Part shown: piece after piece, positions 9,737 to 19,500 of the stretch
How the letters are laid out: every line of letters begins with the position of its first letter
Position numbering within the stretch: position 1 is the stretch's first letter
Assembly (NCBI GenBank): GCA_032251315.1
Contig: JAVVEE010000001.1
Span: 50,035 to 114,034, forward strand
DNA length: 64,000 nucleotides
Direction: 5' to 3'
Source of the DNA: Gammaproteobacteria bacterium
GTDB taxonomy: Bacteria > Pseudomonadota > Gammaproteobacteria > SZUA-229
Position numbers and translations under genes: made by a program
Notes under the pieces: generated by a model
What the model was told of the DNA's origin: nothing
What the model saw: the letters and a program-made list of their open reading frames with translations, nothing else
Databases searched by the model: none

Positions 9737-11473
9737 ATGGCTGGACGCATTCCGCAAAATTTTATCGATGACCTGGTCTCCCGCGCGGATATCGTGGAGG
9801 TGGTCAACGCACGCGTGCCGCTGAAGAAAAAAGGCAAGGAGTACACCGCCTGCTGCCCTTTCCATAATGAAAAAACGCCCTCCTTTACCGTCAGTGACGG
9901 CAAGCAGTTTTATCACTGTTTCGGCTGCGGCGCTCACGGCACGGCGCTGGGTTTTATCATGGAATACGAAAACCTCGACTTTGTTGATGCGGTGGAAGCG
10001 CTCGCCGCCGAATACAATCTTGACGTGCCCAGAGAGAACAGCCATTTCCACTCCACCGAGAGCAAGGACAGCAAACAGCCGCTCTACGATATTCTCGAAA
10101 AAGCGGCCGAGCTGTTCCGTCAGCAGTTAAAAACTTCCGACAAAGCCATTCAATATTTGCAGCAGCGGGGGCTGACGGGGGAGGTCGCCAAAACCTATCA
10201 AATCGGTTATGCCCCCAATGGCTGGAATTTTTTAACTGACCAGCTGGGCAGTGATAAAACCACCATCGAGGCATTAATCGCAACCGGTTTGCTGGTCAAC
10301 AATGACAAGGGCAATCAATACGATCGTTTTCGTGATCGTATTATCTTCCCCATCACCAACCGACGCGGGCAGGTGATCGGACTGGGTGGCCGCGTCATTG
10401 ATCAGGGCGAACCCAAATACCTTAACTCTCCCGAGAACAGCGTTTTTCATAAGGGCCAGGAGTTGTACGGCCTGTATGAAGCGCGCAAGGCGGTGCGCAA
10501 TCTCGAGCACCTGATTATCGTCGAAGGCTACATGGACGTGGTGGCGCTGGCTCAGCACGGCGTTAACTATGCGATTGCCTCACTCGGCACCGCCACCACC
10601 AGCGAACAGCTGCAACGCGCCTTTCGCACGGTGAGAACACTGATTTTTTGCTACGACGGAGACCAGGCCGGCAAGAAGGCGGCATGGCGGGCGCTGGAAA
10701 ACACCCTGCCCCTGTTGCGCGACGGCTTTGAAGCCAAATTTCTTTTTCTGCCCGAAGGCGAAGATCCGGACTCCATGATCCGCCAGGAAGGCAAGGAAAA
10801 TTTTGAGCGACGCCTGCTGAGCGCGAAGCCGCTGTCTGAATTTTTATTCGAACATCTCTGCGAAAACATCAACCTTGAAAGTTCGGAAGGAAAATCCGCG
10901 CTCACTGAAAAAGCCAGGCCCTTGCTGAACAAACTCCCCGACAGCATCTTCAAGGACCTGCTCTTTCAGGAGCTGGCATCTCGCACCGGCCTCAATGCCG
11001 GCAAGCTGCAGGCGGATGAGCCGGTTCAGGCTGTTCGCATCTCTTCCCGGCCACGCTCCAACCGCGAAGTAAAACAAAATGCTATCCGTGACGCTGTCAC
11101 CCTGCTCTTGCAGTTCCCTGCACTCTCCTCTGAAATTGAGATTCCGGATAACTTTAAAACGTCGGCGCTACAGGGATTGCCGCTATTGCACGAAATCGAT
11201 ACGCTGATCAAAAGTAATCCTGAAATCAGTTCATCGGCATTACTGGAACGCTGGCGCAATAATGAAAACTTTTCCACGCTGCAAAAACTGATGCAGCGGG
11301 ATGTGGTCGGCTGTGATGAGCCGCAGAATACCAAAGCCATTTTTATTGATACCATCAAAAATCTGATTGCCAAGAACAATGACCACCGTTATGAAGCGCT
11401 GGAAAAAAAATTGCAGGAAGAAGGGCTGAGCGATACTGAGCTGGAAGAATACAAAACCTACTTTAGCCGCTAG
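9737..11473 (+). CDS. dnaG: DNA primase
   Basis: 578 aa; zinc-ribbon CCPFHNEKTPSF…CFGCGAHG and a TOPRIM region. Confidence 0.9.
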   Translation: MAGRIPQNFIDDLVSRADIVEVVNARVPLKKKGKEYTACCPFHNEKTPSFTVSDGKQFYHCFGCGAHGTALGFIMEYENLDFVDAVEALAAEYNLDVPRENSHFHSTESKDSKQPLYDILEKAAELFRQQLKTSDKAIQYLQQRGLTGEVAKTYQIGYAPNGWNFLTDQLGSDKTTIEALIATGLLVNNDKGNQYDRFRDRIIFPITNRRGQVIGLGGRVIDQGEPKYLNSPENSVFHKGQELYGLYEARKAVRNLEHLIIVEGYMDVVALAQHGVNYAIASLGTATTSEQLQRAFRTVRTLIFCYDGDQAGKKAAWRALENTLPLLRDGFEAKFLFLPEGEDPDSMIRQEGKENFERRLLSAKPLSEFLFEHLCENINLESSEGKSALTEKARPLLNKLPDSIFKDLLFQELASRTGLNAGKLQADEPVQAVRISSRPRSNREVKQNAIRDAVTLLLQFPALSSEIEIPDNFKTSALQGLPLLHEIDTLIKSNPEISSSALLERWRNNENFSTLQKLMQRDVVGCDEPQNTKAIFIDTIKNLIAKNNDHRYEALEKKLQEEGLSDTELEEYKTYFSR

Positions 11474-11491
11474 CAATTTGTAGCCGGCATG

Positions 11492-11519
11492 TTGACAAGC
11501 CTAAAAAATGATGGATAAT
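11492..11519 (+). promoter_or_regulatory. Sigma70-like promoter: TTGACA, 16-nt spacer, GATAAT
   Basis: Exact -35 consensus at 11492-11497 and a 5/6 -10 at 11514-11519, located 20 nt after the dnaG stop and 138 nt before the metK ATG. Confidence 0.45.
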
Positions 11520-11603
11520 GACCGCTCTCTAGCGCCAATTTGACTCAGATTGCGGGCGCTTTATAAATGCAGCTAAAGCGACTTTGATACCTACACGAAC
11601 ATC

Positions 11604-11641
11604 AAAAACCCGTTGAAGCTGCGCCTTAACGGGTTTTTTAT
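11604..11641 (+). terminator. Intrinsic terminator hairpin (AAAAACCCGTT…AACGGGTTTTTT) downstream of dnaG, inside the metK leader
   Basis: 8-bp GC-containing stem AACCCGTT/AACGGGTT with an A-tract upstream and T6 downstream (bidirectional type); it ends 16 nt before the metK ATG. Confidence 0.6.
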
Positions 11642-11656
11642 TGCAGGTAACAAAAT

Positions 11657-12814
11657 ATGAATGACTACTTATTTACATCCGAATCAGTTTCTGAAGGCCA
11701 CCCCGATAAGGTCGCCGATCAAATCTCAGACGCGGTGCTCGACGCCATCCTGGAGCAGGATACCAAAGCCCGTGTTGCCTGCGAAACGCTGGTCAATACC
11801 GGCATGGTGATACTGGCTGGCGAGATCACCACCGAAGCCTGGGTCGACATGCAGGAAATCGTCCGCCAGACCGTGAAACGCATTGGCTACAACCATTCCG
11901 ACATGGGCTTCGACTGGGAGTCGTGCGCGGTTATCACCTCCATCGACAAACAGTCCGCCGATATTGCCATGGGCGTAAATGAGTCAGAAGATCACGAACA
12001 GGGTGCGGGCGATCAGGGCCTGATGTTTGGATATGCCAGCAATGAGACCGATGTACTCATGCCCGCGCCTATCACCTATGCCCACAAACTGGTGAAGCGT
12101 CAGGCTGAAGTTCGCAAGAATGGCACGCTTTCATGGCTGCGCCCCGACGCCAAAAGTCAGGTGACTTTCCGTTATGAAAACGATAAGCCGGTAGGCATTG
12201 ATGCGGTGGTTCTATCCACACAGCATAATCCGGATATCACCCTGGAAATTCTGCGTGAAGCGGTGATGGATGAAATCATCAAACCGATTCTGCCCGCTGA
12301 GTGGCTGGATAAAGATACCAAATACTTCATCAACCCGACCGGCAATTTTGTCATCGGCGGCCCGGTCGGCGACTGCGGCCTGACCGGTCGCAAGATCATC
12401 GTGGACACCTACGGCGGCATGGCCCGTCATGGTGGCGGCGCGTTCTCCGGCAAGGACCCATCCAAAGTTGACCGCTCTGCCGCTTACGCCGGACGCTATG
12501 TGGCGAAAAACATCGTCGCTGCCGGACTGGCCGACAGGTGTGAAATTCAGGTCTCCTACGCCATTGGCGTGGCTGAACCCACCTCGATTTCGGTACAGAC
12601 TTTCGGCACCGGAAAAATCAGTGATGACAAGATTGTTGAACTGGTACGTGCACACTTCAATCTCAAGCCCAAAGGCCTGATTCAGATGCTCGACCTGCTG
12701 CGCCCGATCTACGGCAATACCGCTGCCTATGGCCACTTCGGACGTGAAGAGCCTGACTTTAGCTGGGAAAAAACCGATAAAGCGGCTGCACTAAAGGACG
12801 CAGCTGGGCTATAA
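11657..12814 (+). CDS. metK: S-adenosylmethionine synthetase
   Basis: 385 aa; [30 protein letters not shown]… near-universal MetK N-terminus. Confidence 0.95.
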   Translation: MNDYLFTSESVSEGHPDKVADQISDAVLDAILEQDTKARVACETLVNTGMVILAGEITTEAWVDMQEIVRQTVKRIGYNHSDMGFDWESCAVITSIDKQSADIAMGVNESEDHEQGAGDQGLMFGYASNETDVLMPAPITYAHKLVKRQAEVRKNGTLSWLRPDAKSQVTFRYENDKPVGIDAVVLSTQHNPDITLEILREAVMDEIIKPILPAEWLDKDTKYFINPTGNFVIGGPVGDCGLTGRKIIVDTYGGMARHGGGAFSGKDPSKVDRSAAYAGRYVAKNIVAAGLADRCEIQVSYAIGVAEPTSISVQTFGTGKISDDKIVELVRAHFNLKPKGLIQMLDLLRPIYGNTAAYGHFGREEPDFSWEKTDKAAALKDAAGL

Positions 12815-12827
12815 TCCTTTTTCAATT

Positions 12828-12895
12828 TTCTGAGGAGCGCTGCAGCGATACCCCCTATCGCGAGGCTCAGAACTAGACAACGGCGCTCATTTCTT
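12828..12895 (+). ncRNA. SAH (S-adenosylhomocysteine) riboswitch in the ahcY 5' leader
   Basis: Sequence CUGAGGAGCGCUGCAGCGAUACCCCCUAUCGCGAGGCUCAGAACUAGACAACGGCGCUCA matches the SAH-riboswitch consensus: GAGGAGCGCUGC with an AACGGCGCUC pseudoknot partner, P1 CUGAGG/GCUCAG and P2 GCGAUA/UAUCGC. It sits directly upstream of ahcY. Confidence 0.7.
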
Positions 12896-12917
12896 TTTAC
12901 TATTTTGGAGATGAGCC

Positions 12918-14342
12918 ATGAGCGCCGTTACTACGAATAATTTCACTGACTTTAAAGTTGCCGACCTTTCCCTGGCTGAATGGGGCCACAAAGAAATCCG
13001 CATTGCCGAAACTGAAATGCCGGGCCTGATGGCGCTGCGCGAAGAGTTTGGTGAGGCACAGCCGCTCAAGGGTGCTCGCATTACCGGCAGCCTGCACATG
13101 ACTATCCAGACGGCGGTATTGATCGAAACCCTGATCGCGCTGGGCGCAGAAGTACGCTGGGCATCGTGCAATATTTTTTCCACTCAGGATCAGGCGGCTG
13201 CCGCGATTGCGGATCAGGGCATTCCGGTCTACGCCTGGAAAGGTGAAACCATTGAAGAATACTGGTGGTGTACCGAACAGGCGCTGACCTGGCCTGATGG
13301 CGGCACTGCCAACATGATTCTGGATGATGGTGGCGATGCTACCCTGCTGATTCACAAAGGCGCTGAATACGAAGCCGCTGGCGGCGTTATCCCCGCCGCC
13401 AAAGCCGGCGACAATGAAGAGTGGCTGGCCATTCTGGATGTGCTGAAACGCACCATCTCCGGCGACAGCAAAATGTGGTCGAACATGGCCGCTAATATCA
13501 AGGGCGTTACCGAAGAGACCACCACCGGCGTACATCGTCTGTACCAGATGATGGAAGCGGGCCAGCTGATGTTCCCGGCGATGAATGTCAACGACTCAGC
13601 TACCAAGTCAAAATTCGACAACCTCTACGGCTGTCGCGAATCACTGATCGACAGCATCAAGCGCGCCACTGACGTGATGATTGCCGGAAAAATCTGCGTA
13701 GTTCTCGGTTATGGTGATGTCGGCAAAGGTTGTGCACAGGCATTCCGTGGCATGGGCGCGACCGTCATGGTGACTGAAATCGATCCGATTTGCGCACTGC
13801 AGGCGGCAATGGAAGGTTACCGTGTGGTCGACATGAACATCGCCGCCACTCAGGGCGATATTTTTGTGACCACCACGGGCAACGTCAACGTCATCGACCA
13901 TGACCACATGATCGCCATGAAAAACGAGGCCATTGTCTGCAACATCGGTCACTTCGATTCTGAGATTAATATCGCCTCACTGGAAAAATACGAGTGGGAC
14001 GAAATCAAACCGCAGGTTGATCACGTTATTTTCCCTGACGGCAAACGCATCATCATTCTGGCCAAAGGCCGACTGGTTAATCTTGGCTGCGCCACCGGTC
14101 ATCCCAGCTTTGTGATGTCGGCATCCTTCACTAATCAGGTGATGGCGCAGATGGAGTTTTTTGCGAATGCCGAGCAGTATGAAAACAAGGTTTACATATT
14201 GCCCAAGCAGCTGGATGAAAAAGTGGCTCGACTCCACCTCGGAAAGATTGGTGCCTACCTGACACCGCTGTCCCAGCAACAGGCAGACTACATTAATGTT
14301 GCGGTTGAAGGCCCCTACAAGCCCGATCACTACCGCTACTAA
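12918..14342 (+). CDS. ahcY: Adenosylhomocysteinase (SAH hydrolase)
   Basis: 474 aa; NAD-binding region …[21 protein letters not shown]… and a conserved N-terminal domain. Confidence 0.95.
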   Translation: MSAVTTNNFTDFKVADLSLAEWGHKEIRIAETEMPGLMALREEFGEAQPLKGARITGSLHMTIQTAVLIETLIALGAEVRWASCNIFSTQDQAAAAIADQGIPVYAWKGETIEEYWWCTEQALTWPDGGTANMILDDGGDATLLIHKGAEYEAAGGVIPAAKAGDNEEWLAILDVLKRTISGDSKMWSNMAANIKGVTEETTTGVHRLYQMMEAGQLMFPAMNVNDSATKSKFDNLYGCRESLIDSIKRATDVMIAGKICVVLGYGDVGKGCAQAFRGMGATVMVTEIDPICALQAAMEGYRVVDMNIAATQGDIFVTTTGNVNVIDHDHMIAMKNEAIVCNIGHFDSEINIASLEKYEWDEIKPQVDHVIFPDGKRIIILAKGRLVNLGCATGHPSFVMSASFTNQVMAQMEFFANAEQYENKVYILPKQLDEKVARLHLGKIGAYLTPLSQQQADYINVAVEGPYKPDHYRY

Positions 14343-14357
14343 GTGCACTGATGCTGC

Positions 14358-14402
14358 GAGTAACGCCACAAGCCAAAAGCCTGTGGCGTTACTCTATCTT
14401 TT
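14358..14402 (+). terminator. Rho-independent terminator after ahcY (13-bp perfect stem GAGTAACGCCACA/TGTGGCGTTACTC followed by a T-tract)
   Basis: Perfect inverted repeat followed by TATCTTTT. Confidence 0.65.
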
Positions 14403-14433
14403 CGAACTGTACACACTCAAGCAACAAAAAACT

Positions 14434-15279
14434 ATGAGTACTAATGACAATAGTAAGCCTGTTTTTAGCTGTGAGTTTTTTCCTCCGCGCACCGATGCCG
14501 GCATGGAAAAACTGATCGCTACCCAGCAGCAGTTACAGAATACAATAAACCCCGCTTTCTTTTCCGTGACCTTTGGTGCCGGTGGCACCACCCGTGATCG
14601 CACACTGGAAACGGTCAGGCAGCTTCGCTCTGACGGCAACTCGATTATTGCGCCACATATTTCCTGTATCGGCTCAAGCAAGCAGCAGCTCGAAGAGCTG
14701 CTCAATCAATACATGGCACTGGGCATCACTCGTCTGGTGACATTACGGGGCGATATGCCCGAAGGTGTAGAGCAGGTTAATGAGCTCAAACATGCCAATG
14801 AGTTAGTGGCCTTTGTTCGCGAAAAAACCGGCGACCACTTTCACATCGAAGTCGCCGCCTATCCCGAATATCATCCTGAAGCCGCCTCCCCGCAGGCGGA
14901 TTTCGACCACTTTTTAAACAAGGCCCGGGCGGGTGCAGATTCGGCCATCACCCAGTATTTTTATAATATTGATGCCTATACCCACTTTGTAAAAAAGTGC
15001 GAGCAGGCTCAGCTGGACATCCCCATCGTTCCCGGTATTATGCCCATCACCAATTATGCAAACCTGATTCGTTTTTCAGACAATTGCGGCGCGGAAATTC
15101 CACGCTGGATACGGCTGCAACTAGCCGCTTATGAAAATGATCCTGACAGTCTGCGTGACTTCGGCACCGATGTGGTTGCCCGACTCTGCCACCAGTTGCT
15201 GGAAGCAGGCGCACCCGGTCTGCATTTTTATACCCTGAATCAGTCCGAAGCCATATTGAAAATATGGGATCGACTCTGA
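14434..15279 (+). CDS. metF: 5,10-methylenetetrahydrofolate reductase
   Basis: Starts at internal ATG (MSTNDNSKPVFSCEFFPPRTDAGMEKL…), matching MetF N-termini. The upstream ORF extension (from 14296) overlaps ahcY and the terminator, so it is rejected. Confidence 0.85.
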   Translation: MSTNDNSKPVFSCEFFPPRTDAGMEKLIATQQQLQNTINPAFFSVTFGAGGTTRDRTLETVRQLRSDGNSIIAPHISCIGSSKQQLEELLNQYMALGITRLVTLRGDMPEGVEQVNELKHANELVAFVREKTGDHFHIEVAAYPEYHPEAASPQADFDHFLNKARAGADSAITQYFYNIDAYTHFVKKCEQAQLDIPIVPGIMPITNYANLIRFSDNCGAEIPRWIRLQLAAYENDPDSLRDFGTDVVARLCHQLLEAGAPGLHFYTLNQSEAILKIWDRL

Positions 15280-15314
15280 CCTGCCATGCATCTCCTGCGT
15301 AGATAGCTGCGAAC

Positions 15315-16040
15315 ATGACCCGACTCTATCATTCAGCCGCGCTCAACGCCGGGCAGGTCATCAGCCTTGATAAAGTCCCCTCACATCACTTAATTCGTGT
15401 ACTGCGTGCAAGGAAGGGTACAGAGGTCACACTTTTTAATGGCGATGGCTACGAATACCTTGCGGAAGTGCTCGACGAAAATGCCAAACAATGTCAGCTG
15501 AGCATCAAACAACGGACAAAAGTCGACAACGAGTCGCCACTGGCAATCACTTTATTACAGGGAATTTCACGCGGCGACAGAATGGATAGCAGCATTCAGA
15601 AATCAGTTGAGCTGGGGGTACATGCTGTCATCCCCGTTTATTGTCAGCGCACCGGCACCAGCCTCAAGGGTGAGCGTGCGGAAAAGAAATTAAGACACTG
15701 GCAACAGATTGCCATCAGCGCCTGCGAGCAATCGGGGCGATGCATTATTCCTGAAATAAAACCTGCACTGGATTTTACCCAGGCGGTGCAGAGCTTCAAT
15801 GCCGACCACAAGCTGATGCTGGCACCCGACGCGAGCACTCACATCAGCAGTATTGCACCGCCCGTAAAAGAGCTTTGCATTTTGATTGGCCCGGAAGGCG
15901 GCTTTACTCAGGAAGAGATCAAACTGGCGGTGGATAATAATTATACGGCTATTTCACTGGGTCCCAGAATACTGCGCACTGAAACGGCCGGGCCAGCCTG
16001 TATAGCCATTGCCCAGGCTTTGTGGGGAGACCTCGATTAA
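15315..16040 (+). CDS. rsmE: 16S rRNA (uracil1498-N3)-methyltransferase RsmE
   Basis: 241 aa; RsmE-like N-terminal PUA-like domain and C-terminal SPOUT motif …ILIGPEGGFTQEE…. Confidence 0.8.
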   Translation: MTRLYHSAALNAGQVISLDKVPSHHLIRVLRARKGTEVTLFNGDGYEYLAEVLDENAKQCQLSIKQRTKVDNESPLAITLLQGISRGDRMDSSIQKSVELGVHAVIPVYCQRTGTSLKGERAEKKLRHWQQIAISACEQSGRCIIPEIKPALDFTQAVQSFNADHKLMLAPDASTHISSIAPPVKELCILIGPEGGFTQEEIKLAVDNNYTAISLGPRILRTETAGPACIAIAQALWGDLD

Positions 16041-16044
16041 TCTC

Positions 16045-16068
16045 AACCAGAATACTGGTTTTCGTTAT
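16045..16068. terminator. Short bidirectional hairpin (AACCAG-AATA-CTGGTT + T-rich) between convergent rsmE and chpC
   Basis: 6-bp stem with 4-nt loop followed by TTTCGTTATT. Confidence 0.3.
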
Positions 16069-16541
16069 TGACCTGATTCTGCATTTTTGATCATGGCTTC
16101 GATTCCGTCAATATCAAGAATACTGGCCGCCGCGCCATTAATGCGTGCTTTCTGCACCACCATGGGGTGAATCTGAACTTCTGATGAATCAGGATCAGTG
16201 ACAATCTGATCTCTGCTGAACTGAGTAACATGGGGCACTCCGGATATTATCAGACCAATGTAAGGATAACGCGATTCGTCATCGCTGGCCGTATAGATCA
16301 TGGCAATCTGGGTATTCTGATTAACAACTTTGGCGACACCGCCCCCCGCCGACTCAAATGACACCAGCGGCACATCAACACCGTGCCACCGCATTCTGGC
16401 TACATACCAGTCGGGCATGTGACTGATTTTCATTGCTCCCTGCGCCGAAACCATTTCAGCCACCGCAGTACTGGGGACGACGACATTCTCACTGCGCAAT
16501 GTCAGGATCATACATTTTATAACTTGCATTGCCTCAGCCAT
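16065..16541 (-). CDS. chpC: CheW-like coupling protein, ChpC-like
   Basis: 158 aa single CheW domain; it is the last gene of the Pil-Chp operon, overlapping the chpA stop. Confidence 0.7.
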   Translation of the reverse strand: MAEAMQVIKCMILTLRSENVVVPSTAVAEMVSAQGAMKISHMPDWYVARMRWHGVDVPLVSFESAGGGVAKVVNQNTQIAMIYTASDDESRYPYIGLIISGVPHVTQFSRDQIVTDPDSSEVQIHPMVVQKARINGAAASILDIDGIEAMIKNAESGQ

Positions 16542-16542
16542 T

Positions 16543-19500
16543 TTATTTCACCGAACTTAATAATTCATTGATGTTCTTCATCAGCTCTTCTTCCTGGAAA
16601 GGCTTACCAAGATATTGATCGACGCCGATTGTTTTAGCTCTCTCTTTATGTTTGATGCCGGTACGTGATGTAATCATAATAATCGGAATCTGCTTCAGCC
16701 TGTCTTCATTACGCATATAGGTTGCCAGCTCGAAGCCGTCCATTTTTGGCATCTCAATGTCCAGCAACATCAGGTCCGGCATCTCTTCCTGCAATTTGTT
16801 AGTGGCATCAACACCATCGGTAGCCAGAATCACTTTCATATTATGACGTTCGAGTATTCTTGCTGTTACCTTACGAATGGTAATCGAATCATCCACCACC
16901 ATAATAGTCGGCTCGGTTTCTACAGCTACCGCTTCATCGGACTCTTCTGTCACCACCTCTTTAAACAGGCTATCACCGATAACCAACGCCGACATTTCCA
17001 GAATCAGAACCACCCGACCATCTGCCAGAATGGTTGCACCGGCGATGCCGCGCACTGCACTGATCTGCATGCCCACCGGCTTGATCACGATCTCGCGACG
17101 CCCCAGTAAATCATCGACATGTAATGCGAAATGCTGATCGCCTACATGCACCAGCAATACCGGAAACAATTGGCCTTCTTCAGCATAGTTCTGTTGATGC
17201 CCAGTTAGCATGAAGCCCAGATGTTTCAGTTCATAATTAACATTATTAAATGCATATTCCAGATCGCCGCTGTCATAGAAGCTCTGCAACTCAGTGCCTG
17301 TAATTCGCACCACCCCTTCGATACTGGCTAGCGGTACAGCGTAAATGTCATCGCCGGCATTAACCAGTAGTGCCTGATTAATTGCCAGCGTTAATGGCAG
17401 CCGAACTTTGAAGCTGGTGCCTTTGCCGCGCTCGGTATCAATTTCAAGCACGCCACCCAGCTGTTTAATTTCACTGTCTACGACATCCATGCCGACACCA
17501 CGACCGGCAAGCTGCGTTACTTCCTCAGCCGTGCTGAAGCCGCTCTTGAGAATAAACTGCAAGACGTCATAATTGCTCAGCTCATTATCTTCTGCCAGCA
17601 AGCCCTGCTTGATGGCTTTTTTTCGAATGGCATCCGCATTAATACCTGAGCCGTCATCTTCAACTTTTACAACAACCGAAGTCCCCTGACGCCCTACTGA
17701 AATCTTAATATTGCCGGCCTCGGACTTGCCCGCAATCAGTCGATCTTTCGGTAACTCAATGCCGTGCGCAACGGCGTTACGCAACATGTGCTCCAATGGA
17801 GCAACCACGCGATCAAGAACGGTGCGATCAAGCTCCTGTTCTTCGCCTATAATTTCAACATTAATTTCTTTGCCCATCTCTCTGGCAGTCTGACGTACGA
17901 TGCGGCGCAAGCGTGTTGACATGCCGCCAAAACGAACCATGCGTGTGCGCATCAGGCCTTCCTGCAGGTCGGTACTGATGCGAGATTCCTGCAGCAACAG
18001 CATTTCTGCATCACCAACAATGTCCGAGAGGATATCTTTAATACTGTCTACGTCACTGGCCGTCTCCGACAAACTTCGCGCCAGCTGCTGCAAGGTGGAG
18101 TAACGATCCATCTCCAGAGGGTCAAAGTTTTCATCATAATCATCCGCTTCCTTTTCGTAACTCGAACGAATTTGAATCTCGGTTTCGATTTCAAGTTTAC
18201 GCAGCTGTTCTTTCAGTCGGATAACGGTCTGGTTTAACTCTTTGAGGTTATAGCCAACATCAGTAATCTGCTTGCCCATGCGAGCATGATGGATATTTAC
18301 TTCACCTGCGTAATTCACCAGATTGTTGAGCAAATCAGCACGCACACGCACCTGCTCCTGAGAGTCCTTGAAATTAACATCAGTAGCACGTTCACCCCAA
18401 TGGGGTTTTTCTTCGCTACGGTCAGACTTTCTTCTTTTCAGCGCCTCTGCATCGGCAGTGCCGGCTATGCCTTTACCGGCCGCAGGGTTCTGCGCCTGAA
18501 TTTCCGGGTTTAGCATCTCTTCAGTCAGCGGCTCATTAACCGCTTCACTCAGCAGATCATCAACTTCGACATCAAAGCGCTCAACAGTGCGTTGCTCAAC
18601 AACTTCCCCACGCATAATCGCTTCGATTCGTTCTACGAGATTACCGGAGGCACTAATGGGCTGGCGCTGCTTAACGTTGCCCAGCATGTTGTTGAGGGCA
18701 TCGAGCGATTCATGCAAAACATCGAAAAAGACTTTATTAGCTTCGATTTTGTGCTCAAAAAGCGCCAGCACCATCGATTCCAGAACATGAGTGAGATCGC
18801 CTACTGGTACCAGAGATGCCATGCGAGCACCCCCTTTCAGGGTATGCATATGGCGTTGCAATTCAATAAGGTTGTCCGTATCCTCTTCATTTTCATGAAG
18901 CTTAATCAAAGTCCCCTCAAGGTCCTCTATCAGTTCCTCGGCCTCTTCCAGAAAGATATCAATCAGATCATCATCGACATCGCCATAGGTATACAGTGTT
19001 TCTGCCGGGGCGTGCTGCACCGGTTTTCCGGTGACTACAGGCTCGCGCTTGGCCTCGGATTGGGTGGGCATTATCTGTGCAGCTGATGGTTGTTGCAATT
19101 GCTGCTGCAATTCATCCTGCACGGCCTTGCTCATCCTATCCAGCAGCACCTTATTTGTTTCCGGCAATTTGTTCGCTTTCAATTGTGCCAGCATTGCTTC
19201 AATCGTTGAAACGACCTCAGCGATAATCTCGACTACAGCATCAGGAATTAATTGACTACTGGCATCCTGCCGTGCCACTGCATATTTTTCACTTACTCCT
19301 GCTATTTCGGCAATCGCTTCAATTTCTGCCGTGCGTGCACTGCCAAACAGGGTATGAAAAGCTCTGATCAGGTCGTTACTCGCCTCCAGTCCCTGCTCGC
19401 CTAAATAATGTTTATTCAGAAGCTCCTTGATTATGCGTAGATGGCTATTGCTCTCATCGTAATAAATCTGGAAGAGCATCGAGTCCATGTTCAGACCCAC

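Noticed and set aside
11520-11656. SAM-II riboswitch in the metK leader
   Set aside because: A GCUAAAGC-like stretch is present, but I could not reconstruct the SAM-II pseudoknot by eye; reported only as a generic attenuator candidate.
14296-14433. Upstream extension of metF ORF overlapping the ahcY 3' end
   Set aside because: The extension spans the ahcY terminator hairpin and has no similarity to MetF N-termini; the ATG at 14434 aligns with MetF starts.
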